From Octopus vulgaris (Eukaryota): 64,000 nucleotides of DNA. A program made the translations under genes and the position numbers. The DNA lies in contig OX597817.1 of NCBI GenBank assembly GCA_951406725.2, positions 23,870,001-23,934,000 on the forward strand, read 5' to 3'. Shown in pieces: positions 1-15,538 of the stretch. Every line of letters starts with the position of its first letter. The first letter of the stretch is position 1. The notes beneath the pieces are model-generated. The model made no database searches, was not told where the DNA came from, and saw only the letters and a program-made list of their open reading frames with translations.

Positions 1-290
1 GCATAAACCAGAGGCAGGATTCACAAGGGTATCAAAGAGAAGTGACAGAATCGGATTGTAGGCGTAGGGTGAAGCAAAGTACTGTCTGCTTGAGAAATAA
101 TGTGCATGGCTGAGAGTCGAGAAAGAATGGAATATAAGAGGCAATGAGGTGGTTGTGAAGTAAATGAAAGAAGTGCGGTCAAAGCTAATTAGGTCATGAT
201 AAGAGTATCCTCTTCGAATAAATAGGTTGATCATACGTTGAGATTGGCTTCGAATGTCATGGCTGCGGATTAGTTATAGGAAAAGGAGGC
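1..290 (-). mobile_element. Decayed Penelope-like retroelement fragment (RT thumb/linker region)
   Basis: Minus-strand pieces translate to SQRMINLFIRRGYS, LPLIFHSFS and LQSDSVTS, resembling the F..RGY / PL..YHP / LQSD motifs after Penelope RT; frames are broken. Confidence 0.4.
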
Positions 291-519
291 GCCTTGAGAG
301 ATTTTAAGCGGTATTTAATACAGACTTCACATTTAATCATTTTGGACAATAATATAAAAATATAAACTATTCTTTTATTCGTCTTTAAGTGTATGTATGT
401 GTATAGATGTGTGTATCCCCAAAGCATCGCTCAAATCATCGGACTCTTCCTCCCTAACTTTACTGTTTTCGTCGTGTAATGCGAGTCGTTTTGCTTTCCT
501 ACAGGCCTTCTGACAAATT

Positions 520-752
520 CTCGCTCATTAAAAAGTCACAGAGAATGGCATTTCATACTAGTCAAGGATTTGTGTGCATCTCTTCCCAGGCACATTGAAG
601 CAATTATTCAAGCTAAGAGAATATTAACATTGTACGGTAACTTTTTGAAATGAACATTATGTTATAAATTTTCATTATAGACATTTTTCTGTTCTAAAAC
701 TTTGTATCTTCATTGATTTATGTGAGGTCGCCAAAAACTTTTGTACGGCCAT
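520..752 (+). mobile_element. Tc1-like transposon 3' end relic
   Basis: Translates to LPRHIEAIIQAKRILTLY (cf. Tc1 C-terminal MPRR..AVI.AKG..TKY), followed by TIR-like gtcgccaaaaacttttgtacggcca. Confidence 0.5.
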
Positions 753-957
753 TTTTGGTCGACGTCTTGCATCTTCCCCCTTTCATTCAGAACCCCTACT
801 ACAAAATATAATAATTAGGTATGGAATGACTCCATCAGGGCTGATGTTTCATCTGTAAAGAACGCAATGCGAAACATCCACTTATAAGTTGGCAATTAGT
901 AAAAATTTCTAATCGTTTAAAGCGGCCGAAGACCTTTGCAAGGTACTGAATATAACT

Positions 958-975
958 ACACACACACACACACAC

Positions 976-1071
<96 letters not shown>

Positions 1072-1210
1072 AATAACTCTCTTATAATTTATGTATCTTA
1101 TAATTTATGTATAAATTTGTATTATCTCCCTAGTTTTATGTGCTAAGCCACTTGGTGTTAAACTGATGGTATTATTAAATTAATATCAAATTTTTCACCC
1201 TCATTTATAA

Positions 1211-1270
<60 letters not shown>

Positions 1271-1280
1271 TATATATATA
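958..1280. repeat. (CA)n/(TA)n microsatellite cluster, representative of dozens of such tracts in the window
   Basis: Visible dinucleotide runs. Similar tracts near 2091, 5731, 11057, 15300, 39480, 47310, 54320 and 60510. Confidence 0.95.
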
Positions 1281-2086
1281 TTGCGTATAAATGTATCAAT
1301 ATTTTTGTCCTTAAGTTTCTGTATACACAGGCGCATTGATTGATATAAAATTTGCTGAATTCATATTTGAAACTGTTTCATCCAGTTTTTTCTTATTTTT
1401 TCCTTCTTCATTCACTGTGTCTTTGTTATTTTAACTGCCATACTCAACATTTTTCTTTTTCCTCCTTCGATGTAATAGATCTTTCATACATTACCGTGAG
1501 ATACAGTTATATTATAAAAAATATGAAATATGAAAGAGTAATAATAATGATAATAATAATAATAATAATAATAATAAAGATGATGATGATGATGATGACG
1601 ACGACGACGATGATAATAATAACATAAACAATAATGACCACAACAGCAAACCAACAACATGGCGGATAATGATAATCTTTGCCAGGTTTGTCTTGCCCCG
1701 TAAATATTTTTATAATAAACATATCATTTGCTAACTGCGGCATCCTAATCAACGCAATTTCTCAAAAAAAAAAAAATTCTTTGGACTGCATATACTTCTC
1801 ATTATTTCTGTTTTTGTTTCCTATGTTCTGTCATAAAAGATAACTAGAATTCTTCTCATATATTTTTTTCTTTATGTACGCATGCATATATGTGTGCTTG
1901 CGAGTGTTGTTGTTGTTGTGTGTGTGTGTGTGTGTGTGTGTGTGACGGACTATGTGTTTGTAAGGATGTGCCTTTGTGTGTGTGTATGATGTTTTTGCTG
2001 TCACTGTTGTAGTGCCTACTGTGTTATGTAGCATCGGTTTTGATTGCGGAATTGTTTCCGTTCAATTCTGCGCACTTTACGGTACA

Positions 2087-2167
<81 letters not shown>

Positions 2168-3570
2168 CATATACAAACACCTACTTTACCAAGACGATCT
2201 TCGATATATTTTCCATTCACATTAGCAGTGAGTGCTATATAGCTGTTTTTGTATGTGAGGGTGCCTGTATATATGTAGATATATATATGTCTGTATACGC
2301 GGATAAGATATCTAGATAGATATTCCCTGGAGTACATATACATGTACGTGTGCGTGTGTGTGCATGTGTGTCTGTGTATGTAATTGTATGTTTAAACTGT
2401 CAATTTGAATGTGTTATACGTATGAGCAAACCAATTTTCCTATGTTTCAATAAGCATATGTGCATGAAACTGTCAGGCTCTTACCTATATGCAAAACCTT
2501 AATGAACAACAGACCTTTTTGCACAATATTATGTAAGTGTTTGCTTAAATGATTTTCCGTGTGTCGAGTTAAGTTAGGTGAAATTTAAATGAGAGTTGAA
2601 ATATATAAAAATTTTCAAAAATGTGTGTAACACATTATTTCTGTGTGCATAGACATAAGCACATATATGTGTGTACATATGTGTGCGTGTGTATATATGT
2701 ACATACATATAACTCATAGAATTAAGTCTAAATATTTCACCTCCTTTAGAATGATTTGAATATCTGTTGCGTAGATTGGTCACAGTGTATTGATTAATTT
2801 TCATATCACCCAAATAAATAAGTGTTGTGATTACTCAAAGGTTAAAATGATGACGATGGTGGTTTTGGTGTTAGTGATGGCGATGATGATGATGATGATT
2901 ACGACGTCGGTGACGATGGTGACGATGGTGATGACAATAATAATATTCATATTCATCAGCATTATCGTAATAACGATAGCCATTACCTTCATCAACAATT
3001 CTGCATCATAATAAAGATAAATTGCATCATATTCTTAAACCTAAAAAGTGTCTTGTTTGCTTTCCTATCAGAACACAATCAGCAATTGTGTTCTTCATTT
3101 TTCATGCGTCCATGTTCTCCATTTGTTTGCGAGAATAATCAGTCAACTGTGGTTTAATGAACAGAACCGGACTGCAAGCACATTGTCTCACACATCGTGT
3201 TTATTCGGTCAAGAACTCGTTAATTTTACCCTCACTTTTTCTCCGTAATTCACTATGTCTATTTTTAAACAAATACTGTGTGTGAGTAAGTAAATGTGTA
3301 TTATATAAATATGTGTGTGTGTGTGTGTCTGTGTGTAACATTATATTGTATTATATTGTATTATATTTTATATAGAGGTGTATGCTTCAGTGGTTACTGT
3401 CTAGCACCCGTGATCATAAAATATAAGATTGCGGTTTCGCTTTTCCCCAGTGCACTTAGTGAGTATACGGAGTTATCTGGCGACGGACAAACGTCCCGTC
3501 CAACAGGGAAATCTATACGTCACAAAATCCGTGAAACTGACCTTATGTATGTAAATATGTATGTATGTAA

Positions 3571-3601
<31 letters not shown>

Positions 3602-3667
3602 TGTATGTATGTATGTATGTGTGTATGTATGAATGTATGTGTAGATTTGTATGTTTTGTTTTATGCA

Positions 3668-3829
3668 GGCGCAGGAGTGGCTGTGTGGTAAGTAGCTTGC
3701 TTACCAACCACATGGTCCCGGGTTCAGTCCCACTGTGTAGCACCTTGGGCAAGTGTCTTTTACTATAGCCTCGGGTCGACCAAGCCTTGTGAGTGCATTT
3801 GGTAGACGGGAACTGGAAGAAGCCCGTCG

Positions 3830-3893
<64 letters not shown>

Positions 3894-4110
3894 TGTGTGT
3901 GTGTATCTGTTTGTGTGTCTGTTTGTTCGCCCAACATCGCTTGACAACCGATGCTGGTGTGTTTGCGTCCCCGTAACTTAGCGGTTCGGCAAAAGAGACA
4001 GATAGAATAAGTTCTAGGCTTACAAAGAATAAGCTCTGGAGTCGATTTACTCGACTATAAAGGCGGTGCTCCAGCATGGCCGCAGTCAAATGACTGAAAC
4101 AAGTAAAAGA
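3668..4110 (+). mobile_element. tRNA-derived SINE, family A (full length, internal (TG)n)
   Basis: Head has A-box-like tggctgtgtggtaag and B-box-like ggttcagtccc; conserved body; 3' tail ...gactgaaacaagtaaaaga. Near-identical copies at 22209, 23317, 29105 and 52777. Confidence 0.9.
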
Positions 4111-4179
4111 GTGTATGTGTTCCCATGCATATACTTGCATATCTAGATATGTTCTTGTATACTTAAATAATGAACTTCT

Positions 4180-4440
4180 GGAAAGTTTAACAGATTCCTT
4201 TACATTTCCAGCGACGGATCGCGTTTGTAGTCATAGAATCAGCTTTCTCTTTTCTGGTTTTGAGAATCCTAATTTCTCATGGTTGGTATTTAGGCAGAGT
4301 GTTACATATCCCAGTGCCCCCAGAATTACAGGTATAAACCTGAACTTGTAATATGGATAGAGTAACTGCAGATTTCTCAATAGTTTAACATAGCAGTTCT
4401 CTCGTTCACTGATCTTCGGCTTTGCTAACATCCGCTGGAC
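4180..4440 (-). mobile_element. R4/Dong-like non-LTR retrotransposon fragment (restriction-like endonuclease C-terminus)
   Basis: PAD..., KISERENCYVKLLRNLQLLYPYYKFRFIPVILGALGYV matches the RLE K..KY..L...ipvviGalG pattern. Confidence 0.7.
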
Positions 4441-5425
4441 ATATTTGTATGTACGTATATATGTATGTATGTATGTCGATTTACATATATGTATGTATCA
4501 CGCCATCTGCTCTGTCATCTCTTATATTCCCTCATTTATTAGCTGAAACATGTCATAGATTTAGGACTGTTGGTTTCCAGCATGTTCTTACTTAAAGAAA
4601 ATTTTAACCATTTTTTTTTTTCTTATTCCTCGTTTTTTTTGTTGTTTGTTTTTGATTAATTTGTCACATTACAGAGAGACATGGTGTACACAGCATACAC
4701 AGACATTCAAATTTATATGGTGTGTTCATTTGTAAACAACGATTGGTAATCAGTGTTTGATTTAGATTTTGCTAATAAATTACGAGTAAACAAAGTCAAC
4801 GATGTTTAATTAGATTTAAGTAATCGACTGTAGTCATTATTTTTGTTGTTTTCTCTTTTAAAGAAATATAAATAAAATTCTACTTTGCATTTGAAAATAT
4901 TTCCTTTCGCTTTTATTTGTACACTATCATCGAAATTTTATTAGTTCTTTTCATCAATTGTATTTTCTTTTAAACATTGTCGTTTGTTAAGCATCACTAC
5001 TCTATCTGACAGAAAACACTTTCTTAATTGAATTTAACAAGCACTTGCATTCAAATTTTTTGCAATTATTTCATATCACTGACTGTAGTTGCAATTAAGC
5101 AAAATTCACGTCGCTTCAGCTTTTATTTATATATTATTAATATTAGCATGATCTCGTCGCTCTCATCATCAGTGTTGCTGCTGTAGTTGACATCGTCATC
5201 CTCATCACCATCATCATCTTCATCGTTTTCATTGTTCTTGACACTGTTCTGTTACAACAACAACTGCTACTACTAATACTACCAATACTACTACTACTAC
5301 TATCGTAAATTAGGTGATCGTCAGTATTACCTGCTGCATTATTTAATACTACTTTTCCGAAAGTGGAATTTTATTTGTTAAGTTTGTTTATAGCATACTC
5401 TGGAAAAGGAAAGATTAAAATTTAT

Positions 5426-6530
<1,105 letters not shown>

Positions 6531-6559
6531 TTCTGACATCTGACGTTGAAAAAAAAAAT

Positions 6560-7560
6560 AAAAAGTAGAAAAACAAAAACTAACAAGGGAATTATAACAA
6601 ATAAGGGGAAAGCATCCCCCAGGGTTGACCAAGAAAATCTACAGACTTAGTCACCCTGTTCACCAAGAGTACCATGTTAACTGCTTCTTTCAGATTCGTA
6701 TTTTCAACATACAGGCACATATTTAGGCTGTGTTCATTCACTCAAACAATTCTATCTACATTCCCTCAATTATTTACAAGTTTACTACAGCATCTTCTTT
6801 TCCACCTCTAAGCTCCTCTCCAGCTGAAACTTGAAAACGTCAGCGAGGCCTTGACTGAAAAGGGAAATACCTGTCTTCAATCCTTTCATTACATCCACCA
6901 GTTTCCCTGAGAACTTCGCCACTCTTATCTATCACTAATACTGTTTAGAAAGCTCTGGCAGAACATCCATTAATCGCATTGCCTGACTGACAGACGGCTG
7001 TTTGCGTCTGACAGCACTGTATGTTTCAGTTGTCTAAGAGACAAGCTACAGAAAAACTCGTCAAGCAAACTGTGGTTTACTTGCTTACTGCTAGGGAAAC
7101 GCTGGAGATGTTGCAACCTCAGTGCCTGCCAATGCGTCTTTTGTTACGGCACATCCAGTCTTCCACAAAACGCATGTGGAGAGCAAATGATCCGGCTCTC
7201 CAGTGGAACACATATACTTCCCAGAAGTCGGAAGAGTATGCGTTCCATTCTTGTCAAACATAAAGCAGGGAAAGGTACAACGGTTTGTCGGTACTTTTCG
7301 AGGTCGAGTTTGCCTTTCATCCATTCGGGGTCGATAAATTAAGTACCAGTTACGCACTGGGGTCGATGTAATCGACTTAATACCTATGTCTGTCCTTGTT
7401 TGTCCTCTCTGTGTTTAGCCCCTTGTGGGTAATAAAGAAATAGGTACTTTATGATGGAAAGTATGAAATCATTCATCATCTCCTCCTCAGAAATAGTTAC
7501 CTCTCAAACAATTTATAAGTGAAATTAACCACTCTGTTGGACATCTCTCCCTCATTTTTT
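6560..7560 (-). mobile_element. Heavily decayed LINE (APE endonuclease/linker region, RTE-like)
   Basis: Weak similarity to the endonuclease end (KYMC...GTEVAT) in broken frames; a SINE B copy is inserted within it. Confidence 0.3.
7299..7446 (+). mobile_element. SINE family B, 5'-truncated
   Basis: gcctttcatccattcggggtcgataaattaagtaccagttacgcactggggtcgatg...gtgggtaataaagaaatagg, shared with other family B copies. Confidence 0.85.
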
Positions 7561-7619
7561 GTCCACCTGGAAGTATGGACCAAGCCTAACCACTATTGCT
7601 TTAACCTGTCTGTCCAGTG

Positions 7620-8380
7620 TCCCTATAATACTGCTGGATGGCATGGGTCTGCCTCTCTAGGTAGCGAGCTGCGGGCCCCGCAACTTTTCCTGGTTAAGCT
7701 TTGGTTCTGTCACCGCCTCATATTCCCTTCGATTTGTTCAATCATCTCAGTGTGTTTGGTATTCGACACTGTAATGGTGACGCCGTCTGCATATGCAAAC
7801 GCAGACTATACGCTTCTTACTTCACGAAGGATGTCCCTTGAATCTCCAACTTCTGCTGCATTGACTCAAGGGTTAGCAGGTACGGAAGGAGAGAGACTGA
7901 GCTTCATTGACGGAGCGAAAGCATAATACTAAGAGTATTCGATAAGTGGCCATTTACTCTATCCACCGAGAAAATGTCACTGTACATTGCAGCGATCCAG
8001 CCTCTAAAGACGGCACGAAAGCAGCCGTCCTGCTTACAGCCATCATTGTTCGACGCTATTGTAAGTTTTCAAGTGTCTAAAATGATTACGGACTAACTCA
8101 TACGAGGTTTGTTTTCTGCCCAAACTTTTTTTATGTACCATACGAGGTAAAGTTTATCGTGGATAGATCTGTTTGGTATAGCACATGTCTGTGCTTCAAC
8201 AATAATTGTATCGACGACAAGTGCAAACTTCAACTCTGCATTTAGAAGAGTCACGAGTATGAAGTTGTTACAATCATCCCACTTAGTCGGGTCATATCTG
8301 CTTTCTAGCACATCTCCTTTCGCAAGACTGGGAGTTCTCCCATTTGTTACCAATAGATCTTCGAACAAGTTTGGCATGTG
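7620..8380 (-). mobile_element. L1/Tx1-clade LINE reverse transcriptase relic
   Basis: KGD...DCNNFILVTLLNAELK...QTCAIPNRSIHDKLYL and FRGWIAAMYSDIFSVDRVNGHLS...RQ resemble early Tx1/L1 RT subdomains; stops and frameshifts present. Confidence 0.7.
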
Positions 8381-8397
8381 AAGATAAATCTCCTAAA

Positions 8398-8705
8398 TCT
8401 CGTATCCGGTTCACCGTTCACCCTAAACAATGCCTCTTCTAGAGTTGGGTACAAGAGGCACTCAAGCCAACACAGGCGTTTCCTACTGCCTGTAAGGGAC
8501 TGAGAGGATTTCCAGAATATACCAATGTGGACATCGACAATTACTTTGGGTCCTCCTGTAGTATCTAGACAGATCTATGCGATAACTGCGACAGGTGGTA
8601 GGCGGCAAAGTGCATTCTCGTATCCGGTTCACCGTTCGCCCTAAACAATGCCTCTTCTAGAGGAGGGTACAAAAGGCACACAAGCCAACTCAAGCGTATC
8701 CTACT
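8398..8705. repeat. ~90-bp direct repeat (8398-8487 and 8616-8705)
   Basis: tctcgtatccggttcaccgttc(a/g)ccctaaacaatgcctcttctagag...cctact occurs twice, ~218 bp apart. Confidence 0.85.
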
Positions 8706-11053
8706 ATAGATTAGTTGATAGTTGTGATCTATATACTCGACATAGATAGGTTTAAATGGCAGGTATTGATTAGTGGAAGCTGGGCGAGTGACTCGCAGCA
8801 CTCTGTGCTTATAGATTCCGGTTTAGCGAATTAATAAAGGAGAAATCGGCGGGTACAATCGATAACATCAAATGATGGTATGCCTTGAAAAGAGCGATTA
8901 AAACAGAATTGGTAAAGTATAGTAACTAGCGATATAGAAAGCTAGACTAGAGGAAAACCTAGACTGAAAACTAGAAGTCGTTAGAAAAGTTTTCGCTATC
9001 TCAGTGCTTGAGGAAGACTGACTCTCGACCGTCTTTTCAACATGAAGTATAAATGCTGCTTCGTCAGAACCAAGGTAGAGCTACTGTCTTTAAAAAAAAA
9101 ATGAAGAAAACGGATGGTCACATTGTATTGTGTAACCCACTTAGCGAAGAAAAAGATTGGGGGTAATCATGAGTGGAACTTATTAGATCATAAATCTCGA
9201 TTATGAATTATCTCATCTACTAAACAATATTAATAACAACAGCAACAGCAACAACAACAACAACAGGATCGGCAGCAATAACAACCTCAGCCACTACCGA
9301 TCACAGACGTTTAAGATATAAGTTTTTATCATATTGGATGTAGCTGTTGTATTTGATTGTATTACTTCTGTTTATTTACCATTCATAATATTAAGATTAT
9401 TATTATTCGTGACAGGGAAGCCGTTTTCCTTCCTCTCGCTCTTCAATTCAGTTATTTAGTTTATTTATTTACTTTAATATTCTTAAGTCAGTCTTTGATA
9501 GATATAGATTTTGTTACTTTTCTTTCATAGCTTATATAGTAATAACAGTAAATCGACTAACCTTTTTTCGCATTCAACAGACGCTCAATGGATACTTGTA
9601 TGGTGAACATATGGTATTAATGAGTTACTATAAATGCCTGTTTTATACGCTGGTGCGTGAAAATATCCATTTTCGTTTTAAAACAAAATGGCGCTTGAAT
9701 TAGGTAGTTTTTATCGAAATGCATTACTCAGCAAGACTTCTCAAAGGTTGCATTGAACAGCTGGTCTTGTCAGATGATAATACGTGCGATTCTGATTCAA
9801 GAAAGTGAGTTAAAGAGAAAAGTGGACATCTTGAGCAGACATTTGGTTTAATGATCTGAAAACAATATTTCACACAGCGTAGTGTGCCTGATGTCTTGCA
9901 TTTTACTTAATACCTCTCGATCTCTTTAAGTCTTTAAATAGATTTGCATATGTGGATGAAACAAATATATATCGCTATACACGCAAACGCACATTCAAGC
10001 ATAGTTACATGAGTCTTTGCACACACATATTCACACAGGTGTGTCTGTGACTGTGTGTGATATTGAAGTGCATGTATTTATGCATTAGTCTCAGTGTATG
10101 TATAACATTTACATGTGTGCTGAGAAGAAGGCATGTACCAAATGTACATCTGACGTATTCATATACGCATACATATAAACCGTAAGTAAGAATAGTAAAT
10201 AACGAAAAGAAGAGAAACAACGCCAAGGAGTAGACGTAACATTATTATTATGAATATACGCATATCTGTAATTGAAATTCAATGGATGTACTTTCTAAGT
10301 AAAGAAAATAGCTTGCTTATTACGTGAACATCTTTAGTAAAAGCATTATGCAGTCAGCCTCCTAAAGGGCATGTCTCTGAATTTAATACGAAGTATAGAA
10401 TATGTGGATGTGGGGTGGGGAGGGAGGTATGTATATATTCGTAGTAGGGTTTTTGTTATATTTTTTAAATAATATAGTCTCTATTTTGGTATGTATATGC
10501 GGCAGCACTGTGCCTCACTAGAGAACATGCTGTTCTCGATCTTTCCTCTTAATACACATGGCGTATTTCTTTTGTTTCATTCACAAATTCTAAAAGAAAT
10601 AGTAATTGTTTCCTAGACACTTCATAAACTTTAAGCATAAATTGACAACTAATTAAAGTATAAAAATATCGATTTCTACCATTATCGATTTCCCAAAATA
10701 AAGAGTCAAGTTCAGCGTAACTGTACGACCTAATCTCTTTCAAATCACAGTGTATCATCTTACAAACAATGTTAATATTAAATGGTGTCATTCGGTGTAG
10801 ACTATGCCTCAACCAAGAAGATGGGATAGCTACAACCTAAATGTCCTTTAATAGAAATTATTTGATCAGTACCAACCAAAAGATATATCATCAACAACAA
10901 CAAAATACTGCTTGATAAATTGTGTACGAATATATTGGGGAGACGTGTTCAGCGACCCGTGCGCTTGACAGGCAATTATTTTACTGGACCTATTAAATGG
11001 AACTCATAGAATCATGCCATATGTATGTATATATGTACGTATGTATGTATGTA

Positions 11054-11167
<114 letters not shown>

Positions 11168-11975
11168 CACATACAAATACACACGCACATACAGGCACGC
11201 ACACACTCACTCACACACACACAAATGCATATGTAAGTGTCAAAAATTTACGAGAAAAACCATAAGACGTCTCGAGAAGTTTGAATAGTTGTATTAAGAG
11301 ATTGTGGTTTAAATTTTTTATAAACCGAATTTCATAGGCACAATATCACGTTTTATCATTCACATGCTCTTCATCTAAATATAGCCGAGAGTGCTAAAGA
11401 AGACATATTGTCAATGGATGGTATATAAATTACATTCCCGTTAGTTATATCAGGTGACATCGCATGAACTGGTAGAAAACTGCTACGCTATCGCTAGATT
11501 TTACACCACCTACAAAATAGAAAAGAAATTGTAAACAGTATATGTGTAGTCCCCTTTACTTTCAATTGCAGTAGAATTTTTGGAGAGCTCCAGTAAAAAT
11601 TCTGTATGTTATCAACTAAGGTTTTGAAATTCGTGACTAGCGAAAAAGGTTAACGCAGCAATATGAAAGTTCAGTCATCTTGGTAAGTGATACAGCAGAG
11701 CTATTTCATTAAGCACTGTTTTTCAGGGATACAAAATTAGCAATTGCCTGCTGAAAACGAATAAAAACGAAGTATTATGCAGGACAGGTCATCCAGTAGT
11801 TGAGAGGGATGTAGATGGGGATGTAGAGGTTTCCCAAATCCTAGAGCAGAAATGATACATACAGTTAGTGAAAGTTGCCTTAAAGTCATTAACTCTGAAA
11901 ATTGGCGTAAAAAACCTTGGAAGATATTCTGGTTGACTGAGGATCACTTTTTAAGCCTCTCGACTGGAGTTAAAC

Positions 11976-12049
11976 AAAATCAACATACCGTAAATCCTCG
12001 AGTATAATCCGCATTTTTTGCCCAAAATTTAAAGGTCAAAACCCCTAGT
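11976..12049 (+). mobile_element. Possible pogo/Tigger-like TIR fragment
   Basis: taccgtaaatcctcgagtataatccgca resembles TACCGTA...TATAA..CGCA termini; partner end not seen. Confidence 0.35.
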
Positions 12050-12434
12050 GCCGGGCGAAATGCGTAACCGTATTTCGTCTGCCGTTACGTTCTGAGTTCA
12101 AATTCCGCCGAGGTCGACTTTGCCTTTCAGCCTTTCGGAGTCGATAAATTAAGTACCATTTACGCACTGGGGTCGATGTAATCGACTTAATTCGTTTGTC
12201 TGTCCTTGCTTGTCCACTCTGTGTTTAGCCCCCTGTGGTTAGTAAAGAAATAGGTATTTCGTCTGTCGTTACGTTCTGAGTTCAAATTCCGCCGAGGTCG
12301 ACTTTGCCTTTCATCTTTTCGGGGTCGATAAATAAAGTACCAGTTACGCACTTGGGTCGATGAAATCGACTTAATCCCTTTGTATGTCCCTGTTTGTCCC
12401 CTCTATGTTTAGTCCCTTGTGAACAATAAGAAAT
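12050..12434 (+). mobile_element. SINE family B, tandem dimer
   Basis: Two head-to-tail body units joined at ...aaagaaataggtatttcgtctg; B-box-like gagttcaaattcc in each. Confidence 0.9.
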
Positions 12435-12909
12435 ATTTATCCAATATGCTCTCTGTAAGACCGTAATTTGAAATGTGGTAGCTTTGTCTGCTATTTCAAG
12501 CTGTTCAAGCTACCAGGTATGTGGACCCCCACTTTGGTTCGTGACGTTGTTGTAGTTGGGTTTATGATGATTGTAGCCGTGGAGATTGCCGTCGTTGTTG
12601 TTGTTGTTGTTGTTGTTGCCATTTATTTGTTATCATTGTTGTCTTGGTGGGTTTGGTGAACGACTCCTGTTTTTCTTTCTTCTTCTTCTTCTTCTTCTTC
12701 TTCTATTCTTTCTTTGTCTTAATCTTCTCTGAATAACTGCATCGTATATATTTGCATTGATGCATTGTGCAGACTTAAAAGACAGTTGAATCATTTCCGT
12801 CGGAACAGTAACTTTATCGTCAATCATGTGTCTATCGGGGGGATGGGTAAATGTCTTGAGATGTAGAACATCAACAAGTGTTTACCATCTGATATTTTGC
12901 AGAATTATG

Positions 12910-13348
12910 TTGAGGGAAGCTCTGTTTGTCTCTAGATCTTTCGTGTCATGCGATTTTCTTAGCTTACGCACAGCGTATGTTAAAATACCTTTTACTGTTT
13001 AGTAATAATCTAGGATGAGCTAACTTCAAAAGCCACTATGCTAGAAATGATAACAAATCTTCCTCTGGTCACAATCCTAACGTCTTAGTAAAGGTAGGGA
13101 TAGACTGGATAATATAGGCATGGATCAAATATATTGAGGTAAGCTCTGTCTGTCTCTAGATCTTTCGTGTCATGCGATTTTCTTACATTACACACAGCGT
13201 ATGTTAAATACCCTTTATTGTTTAGTAATAATCTAGGATGAGCTAACTTCAAAAGCCACTATGCTAGAAATGATAACAAGTCTTCCTCTGGTCACAATCC
13301 TAACATCTTAGTAAAGGTATGGATAGACTGGATAATGCAAGCATGGAT
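12910..13348. repeat. Tandem duplication, ~225-bp unit x2
   Basis: aagctctgt(t/c)tgtctctagatctttcgtgtcatgcg...gactggataat..gcatggat starts at 12917 and 13142. Confidence 0.9.
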
Positions 13349-14413
13349 GTAAAAACAGAATGAAATATTTGGAAAGGCTAAAGCTAAATTGAGTGGCTTT
13401 GATCATAGATCTGATTGAACAGAACTGAAGTAAAGCTCAACCCCTAAAACACAAGCTGCATCACCACCAGCAAAACCGGCAGCAACAGCATAGGAGCAAT
13501 AGCACCCACATCAATAACAACAACAACAGCATCTTATAAAATACCTACAAAATGGCCAGGTTTTCATCTAGATAAAGAGTGAGGGACTAAGGTGAGAAAT
13601 CCGTATCGCACTTACCTACTTCAGTTTTCTGGTTAGCATACGTAGAATGGCTGCGACATCTTAAACCATTTCCCACTCATACACAAAATAGGCTTACATT
13701 GGGAATTTTCCAGAAATCTTAACAAGATGTAAACTAATGAAAAATAAATTATAGTTTCTGATTTAAGATGTAAACTAATAAAAAATAAAAGTTTCTCAAT
13801 TTTGCGAGGAGGGAATAAATTGAAGCTGGCGATCCCAGTACTTTATTGAATCGCCTTGTGAAGGATGAATGCCAACGATAACTTCTGCGAGTTTTCAAGC
13901 CAGAAAACGAAGAATCGGAAGAAATACTATACAACATTTTTCTGGCGGTGTAACGATTTTGCCAAATCGTCACCCCTCGTCTATTTTTAAAATACACACT
14001 AAATAAAGGCAGAGTTTATAATTTCAACGTTTTCAGCATGAGAAATAAACAGAAGGGTTAAATATGTTTATAAGTGGAAAAATATCAAGGGTTAGATAAC
14101 ATTACTCTTTGGTCGACCAATGTAATTAATAATAATTTAACTATAAAGTTACCTGTCAATGTTCTTACTCCTACATACTACCGGATAATGATGGATGATC
14201 TAACTTGCAAGGAAGAATAATATGAAAGAAAATCTACGAAGTGAAAACTTATTTCAAAAGAAGATCTTGAAATACACAGAAGAATGTGATTTTGAATAAT
14301 AAATTAAATATTAGTTTCAAATTTTGAAACAAGCTCAGCAATTGCGGGTAATCGGGTAAGTTGATTCGAAGTCTCGTCGATGCCTAAACGTTTCAAGATA
14401 CCAGCAAAACTGG

Positions 14414-14472
<59 letters not shown>

Positions 14473-14498
14473 TAGAAACATGTTACAAAAGAAACTAG

Positions 14499-14543
<45 letters not shown>

Positions 14544-14739
14544 GAAATATGTTACAAAAAGAAAATATAAAATACACGTTGAAATGTAAGGGTAAAATAT
14601 GAAAAATCGACGAAAATGCACATTGCAAATAAAAAAAGGTTATTTATGATAGGTAACGATAAATATATACATTTAGATTGACTAAGGTAGTAATACGAGT
14701 CATAAAAGTCATTATTATTAGATGATGATAAGATGATAA

Positions 14740-15295
14740 TAAAGTAAGAGAACAAAACGGACCATGGTTTACGCAATCTATTCATCGTTTGAAAAACATC
14801 GGCTAATACACGGTGTCAGGTCTAATAGTTCCTGAGAAAAAAGATTATTTGTAAGGGAGGTAAGTAGTTCTGGATTATTTGTAAGGAAGGTAAGTAGTTC
14901 TGGATTTAGAGATGTGAGTGATGTAGGAAGTGTATAGGGGTTAGTGGATTCAATTGAAGAGTGGTGTTCTGTATTGAGTTGTGTGTTCATATTTAGTTGG
15001 GAGAGAAATTTATTGATGAAAAATGCCTCTTTATTCAACCTTTGTTGCATTGTGGTGTTCTGTGAACATTGGTAAAAGGGAAATATTTGGAAATTGGGAT
15101 TAAGATTCCTGGCACACCTGACGGATTTGCTCTTTGTGAATGGTAATTCTTTGACGAAGCGAAATTCGTGTTTGTCCAATATAGAGTTCACCACATCCTA
15201 TGCATGTCATGACACAGATTACATTTGCTGAGGCACAGGTGAAATTTGATTTGATCTTAAATATTTCTCCTTGTTTGAATTGGAATTCTGAACCC
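14740..15295 (-). mobile_element. Penelope-like element 3' end: GIY-YIG endonuclease relic plus decayed terminal hammerhead
   Basis: [42 protein letters not shown], then after a deletion/frameshift CARNLNPNFQIFPFYQC...QRLNKEAFFINKFLSQLN. A decayed aacg-atga...aaa-ccatgg-tc-cgtt lies near 14757-14790; (TA)n tracts on both sides. Confidence 0.85.
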
Positions 15296-15345
15296 TATAT
15301 ATATATATATATATATATACATAACTATATATATATATATATACA

Positions 15346-15389
<44 letters not shown>

Positions 15390-15441
15390 TATATTTATGT
15401 ATGTATGGGTGTATGTACATATACATTATAAATATATGTGC

Positions 15442-15538
<97 letters not shown>

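Noticed and set aside
3668-3740. tRNA-like sequence with A/B boxes
   Set aside because: It is a SINE head continuing into a repeated body, not a tRNA gene; the same applies to the other copies.
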